Shown: one piece after another, positions 1-10,890 of the stretch
How positions within the stretch are numbered: the first letter of the stretch is position 1
Layout: the number at the start of each line of letters is the position of its first letter
NCBI RefSeq assembly: GCF_964204645.1
Contig: NC_134029.1
Location: forward strand, 18,780,950 to 18,844,949
Length of the DNA: 64,000 nt
Direction of reading: 5' to 3'
From: Tubulanus polymorphus
Lineage: Eukaryota > Animalia > Nemertea
Translations under genes and position numbers: made by a program
Notes under the pieces: generated by a model
What the model saw: the letters and a program-made list of their open reading frames with translations, nothing else
Databases searched by the model: none
What the model was told of the DNA's origin: nothing

Positions 1-863
1 CAATTGCGAGTATGAACATGACACATCTGAGCGCTCACTTCAAATCCAAGTAACTTTGGGTGAATTTCGGGGGCCAATAGGACATGATTTTGGTGGCCTA
101 CCTCATCAATCTTACATGAAAGCCTTTACTATTTACTTCCAAATAACACAAACTTGTAATGCATGGAAATTATCAGCAAATGAGCTATTCAGTATCGTGA
201 TGAGCTTGGATTTTACCTTGAATTTTCTGAGGAGTAATTGACACTACATAGTGCAATTCCTGAGTGCTAATGGGTTAATGGAATTATATGTGTATGTCAC
301 ATAGATAAATAAATGAACAAATATATTATTTGATGATTTCTCTTTTCAGATGTATAACCAAAAGAATTGTAAAATACGTAGGGTAGTTAGCGAATACAAC
401 AAGAGAATGGGTGTAAAGTATGTACATGTACATCGAATGATCGTATTAATAATAAAAACATCGAAGAAATCATCATCGCGGTGGTGGTATCAAACGTCGC
501 GACTTTTTACCTCCGAAAGTATCCGACGACGGAATTCATCGACGTATAATAGAGACGTCACTCGTTGAATAGTTGTAACGAGGAAACAGTAAAATACATC
601 GGGAAAAATTGCGGTTGAAACGTTGCGAATCGTGGCTATTTGCGATTGGACGTTGATGACGGCTGGTGGAGACGGATTGTTCATAGCTGAATTATACAAT
701 TAACGCAATGTGCCGCTGCCTGGCTTTACTATTAATATTATTATTGCCTCGGAGCTGATGAAGCCGAGTATGCGTTAAATGCGTATGTGTTTTCGACTAA
801 CTGCGCGCTGTTCGTTTTGAATCTGTCATTCGTTGGATGACCACTATAGCTGCGATCCCGCGA

Positions 864-1085
864 GCAGGGCTGCCAACGTCTGAAAAGTGCTATCGGTAAC
901 AAATTGAATATTTTTGTTAACGTGTCATTGACATATGAAAGAAAATGCTCCCATTAATTGGTAATCAACAGTAAGACCCTCATTAACATCTTTCATATTT
1001 CTGTATGCATCAAAGAAATCAAATCAGTATTTCTCATTATAAATTAGTAACAAATACTGAAAATCAGAAACTGTTGCCAGCTCTG
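864..1085. mobile_element. MITE with CAGGGCTGCCAAC...GTTGCCAGCTCTG termini (hAT-like)
   Basis: Imperfect terminal inverted repeats (TIRs). Related termini at ~26632-26752 and ~61690-61702. Superfamily is inferred. Confidence 0.5.
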
Positions 1086-1091
1086 CACTAG

Positions 1092-1373
1092 TGCTTTTTG
1101 GCCCGTGCCAGATTGGATCCGGGCCAACGGCGGTTCAAACAGGTGCCAAATGGGCCCTGTCTGTTAGAGATATAAGCCACGATCACACAAGCATATTTGG
1201 CATGACCAAAAACGTCAGATTACCCTTAGACGCAGACATCGCATGCCACTGCATCATTTTGATAGCATTTTAGTAAGAGTTAATGATTAGCGTGTGAACA
1301 CCCTCTGTTATAAAGCACGGGGCTGTTCCGGGCCATTTTGACCCGCGCCGAATTGTGCCATGTGATCGCGGCT
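1092..1373. mobile_element. Degenerate copy of the AGCCGCGATCAC-TIR MITE family
   Basis: agccacgatcacac at ~1175 and tgtgatcgcggct at ~1361-1373. Internal ttggcccg/gtgccaaa motifs are shared with the copies at 33127 and 58790. Confidence 0.6.
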
Positions 1374-2117
1374 TTGCTTCATCGACCTCATTGTGCTCAA
1401 TCATACATGCAAAATATCTTGACAAGAATGAATTTTCAATCGAGTTTCATCAAAAATTCATGAACTTTTGATATCATGTAAATGTATGCATGTATACCGC
1501 ATTCTAGGTTCAGGTTCTGGTCTGTCTTTCTTAGAGATATTGTATATATTACTCTATGATTGAGAATTTTATGGCGTGTCATCTACAACTTTGCGTGATG
1601 ATTTAATTTGAAGTACTCGAATTCCGTTCACATTACATCGTTTTCAATACGTATCGATCCATGTCGGAGTCGGATATAAATCCGGCCGGTGCATTTGAAA
1701 AATTTCGAAACGATTACAACCGCTGTCTATCAATTCGTCGATCAAAATGAAAGTGTCGCTCGGATGCAAATTATTTCTTTTTTCATTCGTCGAGATCGAT
1801 ATATCTCGCGCGCGAGAGACGACTTTTCGATTGATCGAATTTTAAATCTATCATCTGTACGAACAGCCTATCGAACGCGCGACGTAGTTAAACCCCGATC
1901 GGAATTTCGCGAAGTTTCGGCGCCAGATCGGAAAATCGAAAGCCGGATTTTACCGTTAGATCCGCTACGACAGAAGATGGATCGATCGTTACGCGTGCGT
2001 ACGAAAGGATGCAGTTTCACAATCGGGATCATTGAGGATTAAGAAAGTTGATTACTAGCACCAGGTTCTTACACTGACTTTGTGATTTTAAGTTCATTCG
2101 AAATTAAGCCGAGTTAA

Positions 2118-2273
2118 AGCCCATCGCACAGGTCGCATGGAAACTTGAAAACAGAAACGTGTTTCTAAGCGTTTATTGTGCTGTGTTGGTTGATGAGAAA
2201 CAGGAAACGCGGTTTTGGGAAAAACGTTTCTGAGATTAAACGTATTTGTTTCCCTGTGTCTTGTGCATGGGCT
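2118..2273. mobile_element. Small MITE (agcccatcgcaca...tgtgcatgggct)
   Basis: Terminal inverted repeats. A second copy begins at ~3383 and is interrupted by another MITE. Confidence 0.5.
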
Positions 2274-2575
2274 AACGAAACTGAAACAATTTCTATTAAA
2301 AGTTTTCTGCTGTTGGAAATCTTATGCGCTCTCTAACTAATCAAAATCGAGGTAACAGTACAGAAAGCACAAATACAGAAAATCCTGTTGATCTAGATCC
2401 TTGCCCAACTCAAGGGGCTGTGAGTAACTTCTCATCAGAAATTAATCAAGATATTGCCGATTTATAGATTTACTGCATTTCTGTTCCTGTATATGAAAAC
2501 AATATTGTAGTCATTTGTATCCCCATTCATCATTAAGTTATTTGATATTTTAAAGTACTTTCTTTGTGAGATATA

Positions 2576-2643
2576 ATGTGAGTAGCCAGCTGTAGCGCCA
2601 TAAAGTTACATGTGAGTAGCCAGCTGTAGCGCCATTAAGTTAC
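2576..2643. repeat. 34-bp direct tandem duplication (x2)
   Basis: atgtgagtagccagctgtagcgccataaagttac repeated with one mismatch. Confidence 0.9.
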
Positions 2644-2744
2644 AACAAGCAAACTCTCTAAACGGGTTTAGGGTTTTTTCTCTATAAATTGTTTTCCCAA
2701 TCCATGATTTGTGTTTGTCAATGTGTTCAAAATCAAATATATAT

Positions 2745-2875
2745 ACAGTCAACCCCTGATATACCGCCCGCATCAGTGCAAACGATTTTGCATATAGAGA
2801 GTATGGCGGTATATCGGGGGTGTTTTACTATGTATTTGTATAGGGATGTACAAAGAGACCTGGCAGTCTAATCGA
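2745..2875. mobile_element. Tc1/mariner-type MITE fragment (TA-CAGTCAACCCC terminus)
   Basis: The same terminus appears in reverse at ~39700-39720, and the internal tatggcggtatatcgggg segment is shared with 39551-39719. Confidence 0.55.
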
Positions 2876-2972
2876 ATTGGCCCGGGTTGGTTTTTGTAGC
2901 TATCGTTTATCCTTAATTGATGTGTAAATATATGTTGACAAGTACAAAACATATATGAATATAATGTTGTAA

Positions 2973-3052
2973 ATATATATATATGTATATATATATATAT
3001 TATACGAAGTCCTTCCTATTAGATAATGATGACGATGATAATGATGATGATG
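2973..3052. repeat. (TA)n and (GAT)n microsatellites
   Basis: Seen directly in the sequence. Confidence 0.85.
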
Positions 3053-3428
3053 TAAGGTGTAGTGTGTGCGCGTGATAAAAACTATCCCAAGATTATTTTG
3101 CGTAATGATGTGCAAAATGATTATCAGTTAGTTCACCAGTTTAATGTATCTCTCCGATGCACGACGATGATGATGATGATGGCAGTTGTCTCGCCATTGT
3201 TGGCAAAATGTCAATCTATGAATTATCTAATCACGTTTTGGACGTTATTTTCTCATTAGCAGCCGATTCGTACGTACCACCCGCGCTCGCTGATTAGTGC
3301 CAAGGTACGAGGTACGATTAGAATGAATTATCGCCTTAGGTATATAGAATGAAGACAGGGTCCCCTAGTCCTGGAAAAGTTGAGCCCATCGCACACGATG
3401 CAGGAAAACACTGAAACATATTTCTGTG

Positions 3429-3680
3429 CAGGGGCGGATCTAGGGAGGATGTCGGGGTGTCCGGACCCCCCCCCCCCTCAACTTTGAAGTGCCCTCAAAA
3501 ATGTCACCCACAAATTTTTTTGGCCAAGGTTTTCCACCTATAATATTTTTTCAACGCATGAAATGACCGAAACCACCCCCTAAAATGTTGTAGAAGCATT
3601 CGGAGTACATGGTGTTTCGTAAAAAGTGCCCCTTTTTCTTATTGGACACCCCCCCATGGAAAATCCTAGATCCGCCCCTG
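3429..3680. mobile_element. MITE with CAGGGGCGGATC TIRs and 5-bp target site duplication (TSD) CTGTG
   Basis: caggggcggatctagg...cctagatccgcccctg with ctgtg on both sides. Related copies at ~13552-13680, ~34600-34959, ~50689-50922; degenerate ones at ~30677-30891 and ~37735-37945. Confidence 0.75.
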
Positions 3681-6600
3681 CTGTGTTTCCCTGTATCGTG
3701 CGCTACAAACCTAATCTTTGTGAATTTAGTAGTAATGGAGAATTGGGTATGTTTGGCCCTGGAAAAGGTACGGAAAATCAAATACTGCTAATAGCATTAA
3801 CTTTGGAAAGATTTTCTTGCTTGGTTGACAGAACTAGTGGCCATTCTGTCAGTATACTGGAACTTACTGTAGGTCCCTCAGGCTCACGAAAAAGTTTGGT
3901 TAGGCCTACTTTTGGTAACTACATGTTTTCAGCGAGGACAAAAATTCAAACTTTATCACGAAACTGAACCCTTGTGTATAAAATCTGGCTCTAATTCAGC
4001 ATATGCTCAATAAATATGACAGTGATTGTTTTGGCGTTCCAAGTGATGGTCATTTGTATGCAGGAGCAGCAAGCATTCACAGCTTAAATCTACTACTAAT
4101 CAAATTGAAACCAGATGATCATTTCTGATGCGATGAAGCCTTAAAAGCATTTGCGATATCACATTAATCGAATTTAAAGAATTTTCTGAGAATCACTGGC
4201 TGTTGTCTTCGGCGCTCTGATTAGATTACTGACTCGTCTGTGATGAACGATATTAAGTGCCTGTTGAGAAGTGTTTCTTTTTTTTCTACTTGTACAAATT
4301 ATATTCAAACGTCAGTCATAGCAGACGCCATGTTTGTCAGTCTGCAGTGCTTTACCTATTAATGATATAGGGTGGTGGATGAGGTTTAATTATTATCTGA
4401 ACAAAGCTATCTCGCGGGTTTGAGGTTCACAATATAATCTTTCAGTTTAACTGTGGTATATTGGATATTGTAACCGAAAAAAAAGTTTTATTTATCTATT
4501 TGTGTTGAATTAAATGATGAATGTAATATATTGAAAACAGAGATAAATATTTGTAATGGTGTTTGTATCGTTTTTATTACTAAAAGTAAGGAAAAATCCC
4601 AACTGGTTACAACCAGTATTTAAATTTGACCAGAATTTTTCTCTTAGTTTGTACATTCCAGGAAGAACTGTACTATTTTGATTATTCTTATTTGTAAGTA
4701 CAGAGATTTTTTTTACGAAAGTTCAAAATCGGAACTTGGAGATGCAATGTAAATGTTTTGCCCAGAATCTGTCAAAATGTTTGTATTTCTGATCATTGAA
4801 TAAAATCTAAATTTCTTGAACAATTTTCGTAGTTAGTCAATGACTTGCTTGCAAGAGGTAGTCTGGTTTCTCCTCATGAGTACATGTAGTTGGACACCTT
4901 GTTGGTGTTGGTTTGGTAGAACGAGTCAACATGCATTCCTATCATCTCAATAGAATGGAACCTTCAAATCAATGCCCGCACCAAAAATCAGTTTTATGAA
5001 ATGCATGTACTTCATGAACAGTTTTCCAATTGAGCCACAAAACTGGTTCACATGGTCATGACATTACAAAAAGAATGGCACATCAAGTTGATTGTGACTG
5101 TCCATGAGGATTGACTGGAAATTCCAATCATGATACAACAGTGCTAACTCATGCCGGTCACCACTGCCTTCAGGAAGTCATAGATATACAGTCAAGCCCA
5201 CTTAAAGTTGAATTTTTAAACCAATTTTCTGCAGAAGCCAGTTTCGATTGTCTCCACACTTGCTATTTAAATTGTGCTCCCCGAGTCTGATTTTCACTAG
5301 TCAGAAAAAAATCCCAAAACATTCTAGAAAGATCTGATTTAAACTTTACCGTAGTTACTATACCATTAGTATGAGTACAGATCGTTTCTTAAACCAGACC
5401 CTTTGATAATGTTCCATTACTCCGAAAGAAGTGTAAGAAGCCAATTTTTCTGAGATTGCAGGCGTTTTGAATGCAGCTCCCACAGAGTGTGACAAACCCC
5501 TAGGGTGACTGAACACTAACAAATTTCTACTTGTGCAATACTGACCCGAGTGATTGAAGACAGAATCAACAGGATACCGTACATAATCGATTCTTTGTAT
5601 ATTCAGCTATAAATCAATTATGTATCTATTCAACCTTTTTCCAATCGCTTGTGGTCAGCTTTGCGCAAGTAGAAATCTGTTAGTGTTTAGTCATAATCTG
5701 TTTCTCCCTACATGTTCATGACGCATCGATTATTTTTGTGGATGGCCTTCAAATGCCCCCTCAGCAATCTCAATAAAATTTGCCTTCATATTCTATATCG
5801 ACCTCAACTGAAGTTATGGGCCATTTTCCGAGGGTCTGGTTTCTTACGAAACACTCTGTAGTGTCCTATGAATCTATACGCGCAAGAAACATTTGACGGT
5901 TTATGAAAAAGATTTATTCCAACGTTGTGAACATCGTCATCATCCAGACATGTGTAAGATCAATATTAACACAATTAATTCCAGTCTGGTTGAGACATAT
6001 ACTCATATACAAATAAATCAATATTAAATGTAAATCGCTTGGATGGAACCCAACACACACACCATACGTCGGCAGATATATATCTATATCAATCAAAATT
6101 TCTTCCACATTCCCTATCAGTCTAAAGAGTGTAATCGACACCAGATTTGTGATTCGAGCTTCTTATTTTCAAATCTTATTAACAGCTTTTTAAGAGAACA
6201 GGATGCAATTTTTTCCAGTCCTCGTCCTTTGCCTAATAAAAATTTTACGTGACAACTCATAACCTAATACATACTATGTATACATATTAAGAAGACCCAC
6301 ACAGTTCAAAAATCATTTATACAAACGGATTATACGAAAAAAAAACCTTCAAAACTAAATTCTTTTTTTTTCAAAAGCGTACAAGTAACCATACACGAGA
6401 TAACATACATTCTTTCTAAAAGGAAGCACCGAAAACATCCGAACATAAGCAAATTTGAGCCTATAACAGATTAAGTGATTAAAATAAGGCGGCTATTCCT
6501 TAAAACGCGTAGTAGTAGAACAGGGTAATCAAAACATCGGCTAGATCGCCTTTCCAACTTGATACGAGCAATCATATGAAAATCATAGAAAAATAAAATT

Positions 6601-7222
6601 CAATTTTTGCTCCCTTAACAGACTGAAATAGGTGATAATTTCGGAGGCAATTCAAAATTCAGTCAGAAACATGTTGTAATACACACGTACAAGAAAAAGC
6701 AAATATCGTCGTTCTGTTGTGACAAAAAATTGTGTATTTCTAATTGGAATGAGCTACTGGCATCATGGCACTTTCCTTTCCAAGAAAGGTGATGCCTTGA
6801 AAATATTCCGACAACCCATATTCTGAACACACCATATTCTGAGAATAACTACATATTACCCGACTTGATTTCTCACAATTGCGAAACAAACAGGTAATTA
6901 CTCGGTGAAAAGAAAGCATTACTCATTCATTATAATCTGAAATCATCCAAAAATTGATTGGTCAATAAATTATAATCAAGCTAGATATGGCCCGCCGCCC
7001 TTCTTCTAAAATTGATTCTTATTGCAGAGAAAATATATACACACAAGTAGTGTTTTTCTGTAATTCGAAAAAAAAATTGGAGCTCGAGGAGAGGTGTACT
7101 ATTGTTCATATCCATCGCACCATCCTTCGCTACGGGCCTAATCGACGTTCATCTCACGCGTATTGAGGGTCCTTTTCTGAATTCAACGATAAACAGTCAC
7201 GAAAAATCGATCGTCGTCGAGT

Positions 7223-10200
7223 TCAAAACTTTTTCGATCCAAAAATTGCGTCGGCATCGGGCGCGCCTTTCGGGTGTTGGAATTTCAAACGGCGTTCCCG
7301 GTTCAGGTTTACGGGCGGCGGTCGATTCATTCCGGCGAGCATCTCCTGGTAGTCCTCCTCTTCTTGGCGTTCGTGTATGTCGAGAACGACGCGTTTCAAA
7401 CGATTCTTCTCGTCGCGTTCAGCCTGCTCGCGTTCGATGAACTTCGTCGCGAACGTCGCTGACACGGGCACGTTCACCGGCACGAACTGTGGCTTGTTGC
7501 CTTTCTTCATCATCAATGTGAAGTTGATCGAGTTCATCGTCGTCACGACCGCCGATGCCGGCGCGTCGTCCGCCGCGTCGTCGGGCGGCTGCAATATTCC
7601 CGACGCGTCTGAATCGTTGTTCGCGCCGTACAATTCGGCGGCCATCGTCGACGTGATGACGCCGCGCTTTTTCGCCTTGTTGCACCCCTTCAGGTGCATC
7701 GGCATCGCGATGTCGACCGGCGGCGCTTTCATCGCCTCTTGCGCGCGCGCTTGCAAACTGTCGATCATCATCTTGTCGAACGCCGACATGAAGTCGTCGT
7801 CTTCCGTGCACTTCATGTGCTTCGGCCCGCCGGTCAACACGTGACAACGATCGTCGTTATTGTCTTCCCCGGCCGACAGGTAATCATCGTCTACCCCCTC
7901 GTCGTCGCCGTGTTCGTCTTCAGCTGTCAAACGCTGCTCAGTCAGCGATAAACTCCCACTCCGCTCCTCCGTGCTTTCCTGCGTGCTGCCCTCGTCATCA
8001 GACGCAGTCGCCGCCGATGAACGAGGTTCGCCGATCTCGTCGGCTTCGTCGGTCTCTTCGATCGGCGCGAGATTACCGTCGTCCGAAAATGACAATCGCT
8101 CCGGCAGGGCCTCGTCGAGTTTCGACTTGAATTCGTTTTCGATTTTGCCGACGGCTTCGTTCGCCTCGTCGAGCGTTTCGAACAACGCGATCTTCGCGCG
8201 GATCGCCTCCAGCGAGTCTTTCACCATGTTGTCGACGTCCATCGGGAACGGTCGCTGATCGGTCCAGATGGCGCGCGAACGTTTGTACAAATAGTAACGC
8301 TGAAAATACGTCAGGAAATAGTCGAGTTTCTTCCTGCTGCTGCCGCGGTCGAAGAACTGTCCGCACGTGTCCAACAACACGCACACGAGCCGTATACGGA
8401 ATAGATGTTCGGGCTGATCGAGCGGGGACGGCACGCTTTCGTCGAGCGATACGCCGAACGTGATGAATGAGTACAACGTTTTAAAAACGACCGCGGATTC
8501 GACCATGCGATAGTTGTACAGTTCGCCGAGGTACTTCGCCGTGCTCACGCGACGCTGGTTGAACTTCGGCGCATTGATCTCCATGCCGACGCGCACGTCT
8601 TCGAGAACGCCGTCGACGACGAGCACGGCGATGTTCTCGTGAAACGGCGCAAGACCGGCGAGCAGATTCGCGAGGCAGTGAACATTGTTGAAGCGCACAT
8701 TCCACACCGCCGTCAAACACTTCGCCGCATAGTTGCGCAAGTCGTCGTCGTCCCAGTCGAGTTTACGCATCTGCCGCAACATCTTCTCGACCGTGTGCTT
8801 CGTCAAGTCGTCGTAGAGGATTTTGCGGATGTACTCGTGCATCGGTGGTCGCTCCTTTTTCGTCGTCTGCACGGTGTCCGGCGGGTTGCAGTAGTAGTAC
8901 GCGTTTTCGATCATCGCCGTGTAGCGACTGTCGAGGTGCAACGCCGCTTTCTTGCGCACCATCACATCGAGGTAGACTTTCGTGCGTTGATGCGAATCGG
9001 CGCTGCGATAGAGAAACCGGCCGCACGTGTCGAGCAACGAACACGCCATCTCGATGTTGTGGTGGCTGAAATCGTACATGAGCATGCGCAGGAAGTGCAA
9101 TGCGTCCGATTTCGGAAACATGTTGAACTTGACGAGTTCGCCGATGAATCGCACCGTCTTCAACTTCGACTCGATGTTTATCTGGTCCTTTTTGCGTACG
9201 TGCCATCGGAAGTCGCTGCTGAGCAACTGCGCGAGTTCTTGCGACACGTCGGGCATGCACGGGTACAGAATCGCGACTAACCGCGAGTAGAACGGCAACA
9301 GGTCGTAACGCGTGCGCTGCACGGTAAACAAAACGCGCACGAGTTTCTTGCGATTCGCCTTCGTGTTCAGGTTCATGCAGAAATCGATCGCCGCCTTGTC
9401 GATCAGTTCGCGATTGACGCAATTCGGCAGCGATTGAATGAACGCTTCGAAAATCAACTTCATACAACCGCTCGTGTCGTCGTCGTCGATATCGGCTTCG
9501 ACCTCGACGTTCACCGGTTCCGGTTCGTCTTTTTTGCTACCCTCCAATTCCATCTCTTTTTCGATTTCTTTTTCGACGTCTTCGACGTTCAGGCTTTCGT
9601 CTTCGACCGTTGTCGTCACTCCGCCGCCGTCGCCCGTCGCAACCTTATCCGACGTAGTCTGTTCGCTATCCCTGTACAGTATCCCCGGAACCATCGCTTT
9701 CAAATCGGGAAACGTTATGTAAAACGCCTTCGTTTCTTCGTCCTCGAAAAGTTCGACGTCCGCATCGAACGGATATTCGGCGATCTTGTCGCCGAACGCG
9801 TCCAAACCGAGCCCGTCGTTTTCGGCGTTCTCTTCTTCGGCGAACTCCGGCAAATCCTCGTCGAGTATGTCGGCGAATTGCGCGGCGTTCGATTGCAATT
9901 TCTGCCACGCCGACTGCGCCGCTTCGAACTTCTCTTTACGTTCCGTAGTCAATTCCCCTTTCATATGCAGCGTTTTGCGATTCTGACGCTCCATGTTCTT
10001 CAGGTTTTTGTGCTCGGCGACGAGGTGTTTCGACAACGACACGTAGTAATCTTTGATCAGATTGCGACACGCTTTTTGCCGATCGGCGACGAGGACCTGA
10101 CTGCGCGGCACCGGCGTCGCAAACTTCTCCGACAACATGCGAATCTTCCGCGCCAAAAGTCCGGCCCAATCGTCGCCGCAGTGTCGACAGAAACTGAGAA

Positions 10201-10834
10201 TAATCGTCAGATTGTTGTGCTCTTCTTTGTCGGTGTTGATCAGCAAGCTGAGCTGCGTCGACAACACCGGCAATCCGACTTTCTCCGAGAACACGCGAAC
10301 GGCGACGAGGTCAGCGAAAAATCGCAAATCGACGCGTAGCTTACTGGCGTTGATCGCCTTCTCCTCTTTCTTCGACGGCAGAACCTTCAACCAATTCTCC
10401 AACAACGCCGGCGAAAACTCGACGTACCGCTGGTGGAGCAGGCTGCAAATATAGACAGCGCAGCCGACGTCGGTCATCTTCAACTTCGCCTCGGTGATTG
10501 CCGATGCCACCTCGCCGATGTACTTCGTCAAATTCAACGCGTTGAAATCGTTCACCAACGTTTCGCGTTGCGCTTCGCTCAGCGAGTGCACTTTCTTCAC
10601 GAACGCGCGGTTCTTCTTCAAACTCGAATCGAGCTTGCCGAAAAACGACTCCGAATCGGGTCGATTCTCGGCGGCGTTTGAATTTTTCGCGCGTAGCTCC
10701 GCTTTCAGTTTAATCTTCTCTTCGACGTCTTTGATATACGCGATTAACGTTTCTTTCTCCTCCTTTTCGATCAGTTCGATGTTCTTCCCCTCGGAGCCAT
10801 CATCCGGTTGTTTAACTTCTTCGTTTTTCTCCAT
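7223..10834 (-). CDS. UPF2: Regulator of nonsense transcripts 2 (UPF2), intronless, 1203 aa
   Basis: Uninterrupted ORF with UPF2 hallmarks: LDSSLKKN..FVKK, LNLTKYIGE, LPNCVNRELID, ESKLKTVRFIGELVKF, MIENAYYYCNPP, KYLGELYNYR, CGQFFDRGSSRKKLDYFL (three MIF4G domains), an acidic region, a UPF1-binding segment (EDDDFMSAFDKMM) and the C-terminal HPKGAPDADAIFG. Start context is AAAACATGG with an in-frame TAA 6 nt upstream. Confidence 0.97.
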   Translation of the reverse strand: MEKNEEVKQPDDGSEGKNIELIEKEEKETLIAYIKDVEEKIKLKAELRAKNSNAAENRPDSESFFGKLDSSLKKNRAFVKKVHSLSEAQRETLVNDFNALNLTKYIGEVASAITEAKLKMTDVGCAVYICSLLHQRYVEFSPALLENWLKVLPSKKEEKAINASKLRVDLRFFADLVAVRVFSEKVGLPVLSTQLSLLINTDKEEHNNLTIILSFCRHCGDDWAGLLARKIRMLSEKFATPVPRSQVLVADRQKACRNLIKDYYVSLSKHLVAEHKNLKNMERQNRKTLHMKGELTTERKEKFEAAQSAWQKLQSNAAQFADILDEDLPEFAEEENAENDGLGLDAFGDKIAEYPFDADVELFEDEETKAFYITFPDLKAMVPGILYRDSEQTTSDKVATGDGGGVTTTVEDESLNVEDVEKEIEKEMELEGSKKDEPEPVNVEVEADIDDDDTSGCMKLIFEAFIQSLPNCVNRELIDKAAIDFCMNLNTKANRKKLVRVLFTVQRTRYDLLPFYSRLVAILYPCMPDVSQELAQLLSSDFRWHVRKKDQINIESKLKTVRFIGELVKFNMFPKSDALHFLRMLMYDFSHHNIEMACSLLDTCGRFLYRSADSHQRTKVYLDVMVRKKAALHLDSRYTAMIENAYYYCNPPDTVQTTKKERPPMHEYIRKILYDDLTKHTVEKMLRQMRKLDWDDDDLRNYAAKCLTAVWNVRFNNVHCLANLLAGLAPFHENIAVLVVDGVLEDVRVGMEINAPKFNQRRVSTAKYLGELYNYRMVESAVVFKTLYSFITFGVSLDESVPSPLDQPEHLFRIRLVCVLLDTCGQFFDRGSSRKKLDYFLTYFQRYYLYKRSRAIWTDQRPFPMDVDNMVKDSLEAIRAKIALFETLDEANEAVGKIENEFKSKLDEALPERLSFSDDGNLAPIEETDEADEIGEPRSSAATASDDEGSTQESTEERSGSLSLTEQRLTAEDEHGDDEGVDDDYLSAGEDNNDDRCHVLTGGPKHMKCTEDDDFMSAFDKMMIDSLQARAQEAMKAPPVDIAMPMHLKGCNKAKKRGVITSTMAAELYGANNDSDASGILQPPDDAADDAPASAVVTTMNSINFTLMMKKGNKPQFVPVNVPVSATFATKFIEREQAERDEKNRLKRVVLDIHERQEEEDYQEMLAGMNRPPPVNLNRERRLKFQHPKGAPDADAIFGSKKF

Positions 10835-10890
10835 GTTTTAACTCTTTTCACCTTCTTTGATGGCAATTATAACTAATATTCACTCGCGTA

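Larger units (their letters stand above)
350..4803 (+). other. Probable terminal exon / long 3' UTR of an upstream gene lying outside the window
   Basis: Strong acceptor (tttctcttttcag) ends at 349. No convincing coding frame follows; one phase stops at once (at gta taa). T-rich UTR-like sequence with AATAAA at ~4798-4803. Gene identity cannot be seen. Confidence 0.35.

Noticed and set aside
350-568. 72-aa ORF right after a splice acceptor
   Set aside because: No recognisable protein features; more likely a stop within the first codons in another phase, followed by UTR.
1689-2042. 117-aa ORF in the CpG-rich block
   Set aside because: GTG start and R/S/I-biased composition explained by the local base composition; no domain.
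2576-2643. CRISPR-like repeat
   Set aside because: Two adjacent copies with no spacer, in a eukaryotic context without cas genes.
2663-2676. Telomere-like gggtttagggtt
   Set aside because: Under two units; chance occurrence.
7102-10841. Many overlapping ORFs (up to 301 aa) antisense or frameshifted relative to UPF2
   Set aside because: Expected shadow ORFs of a GC3-rich, stop-poor coding sequence; no recognisable domains.
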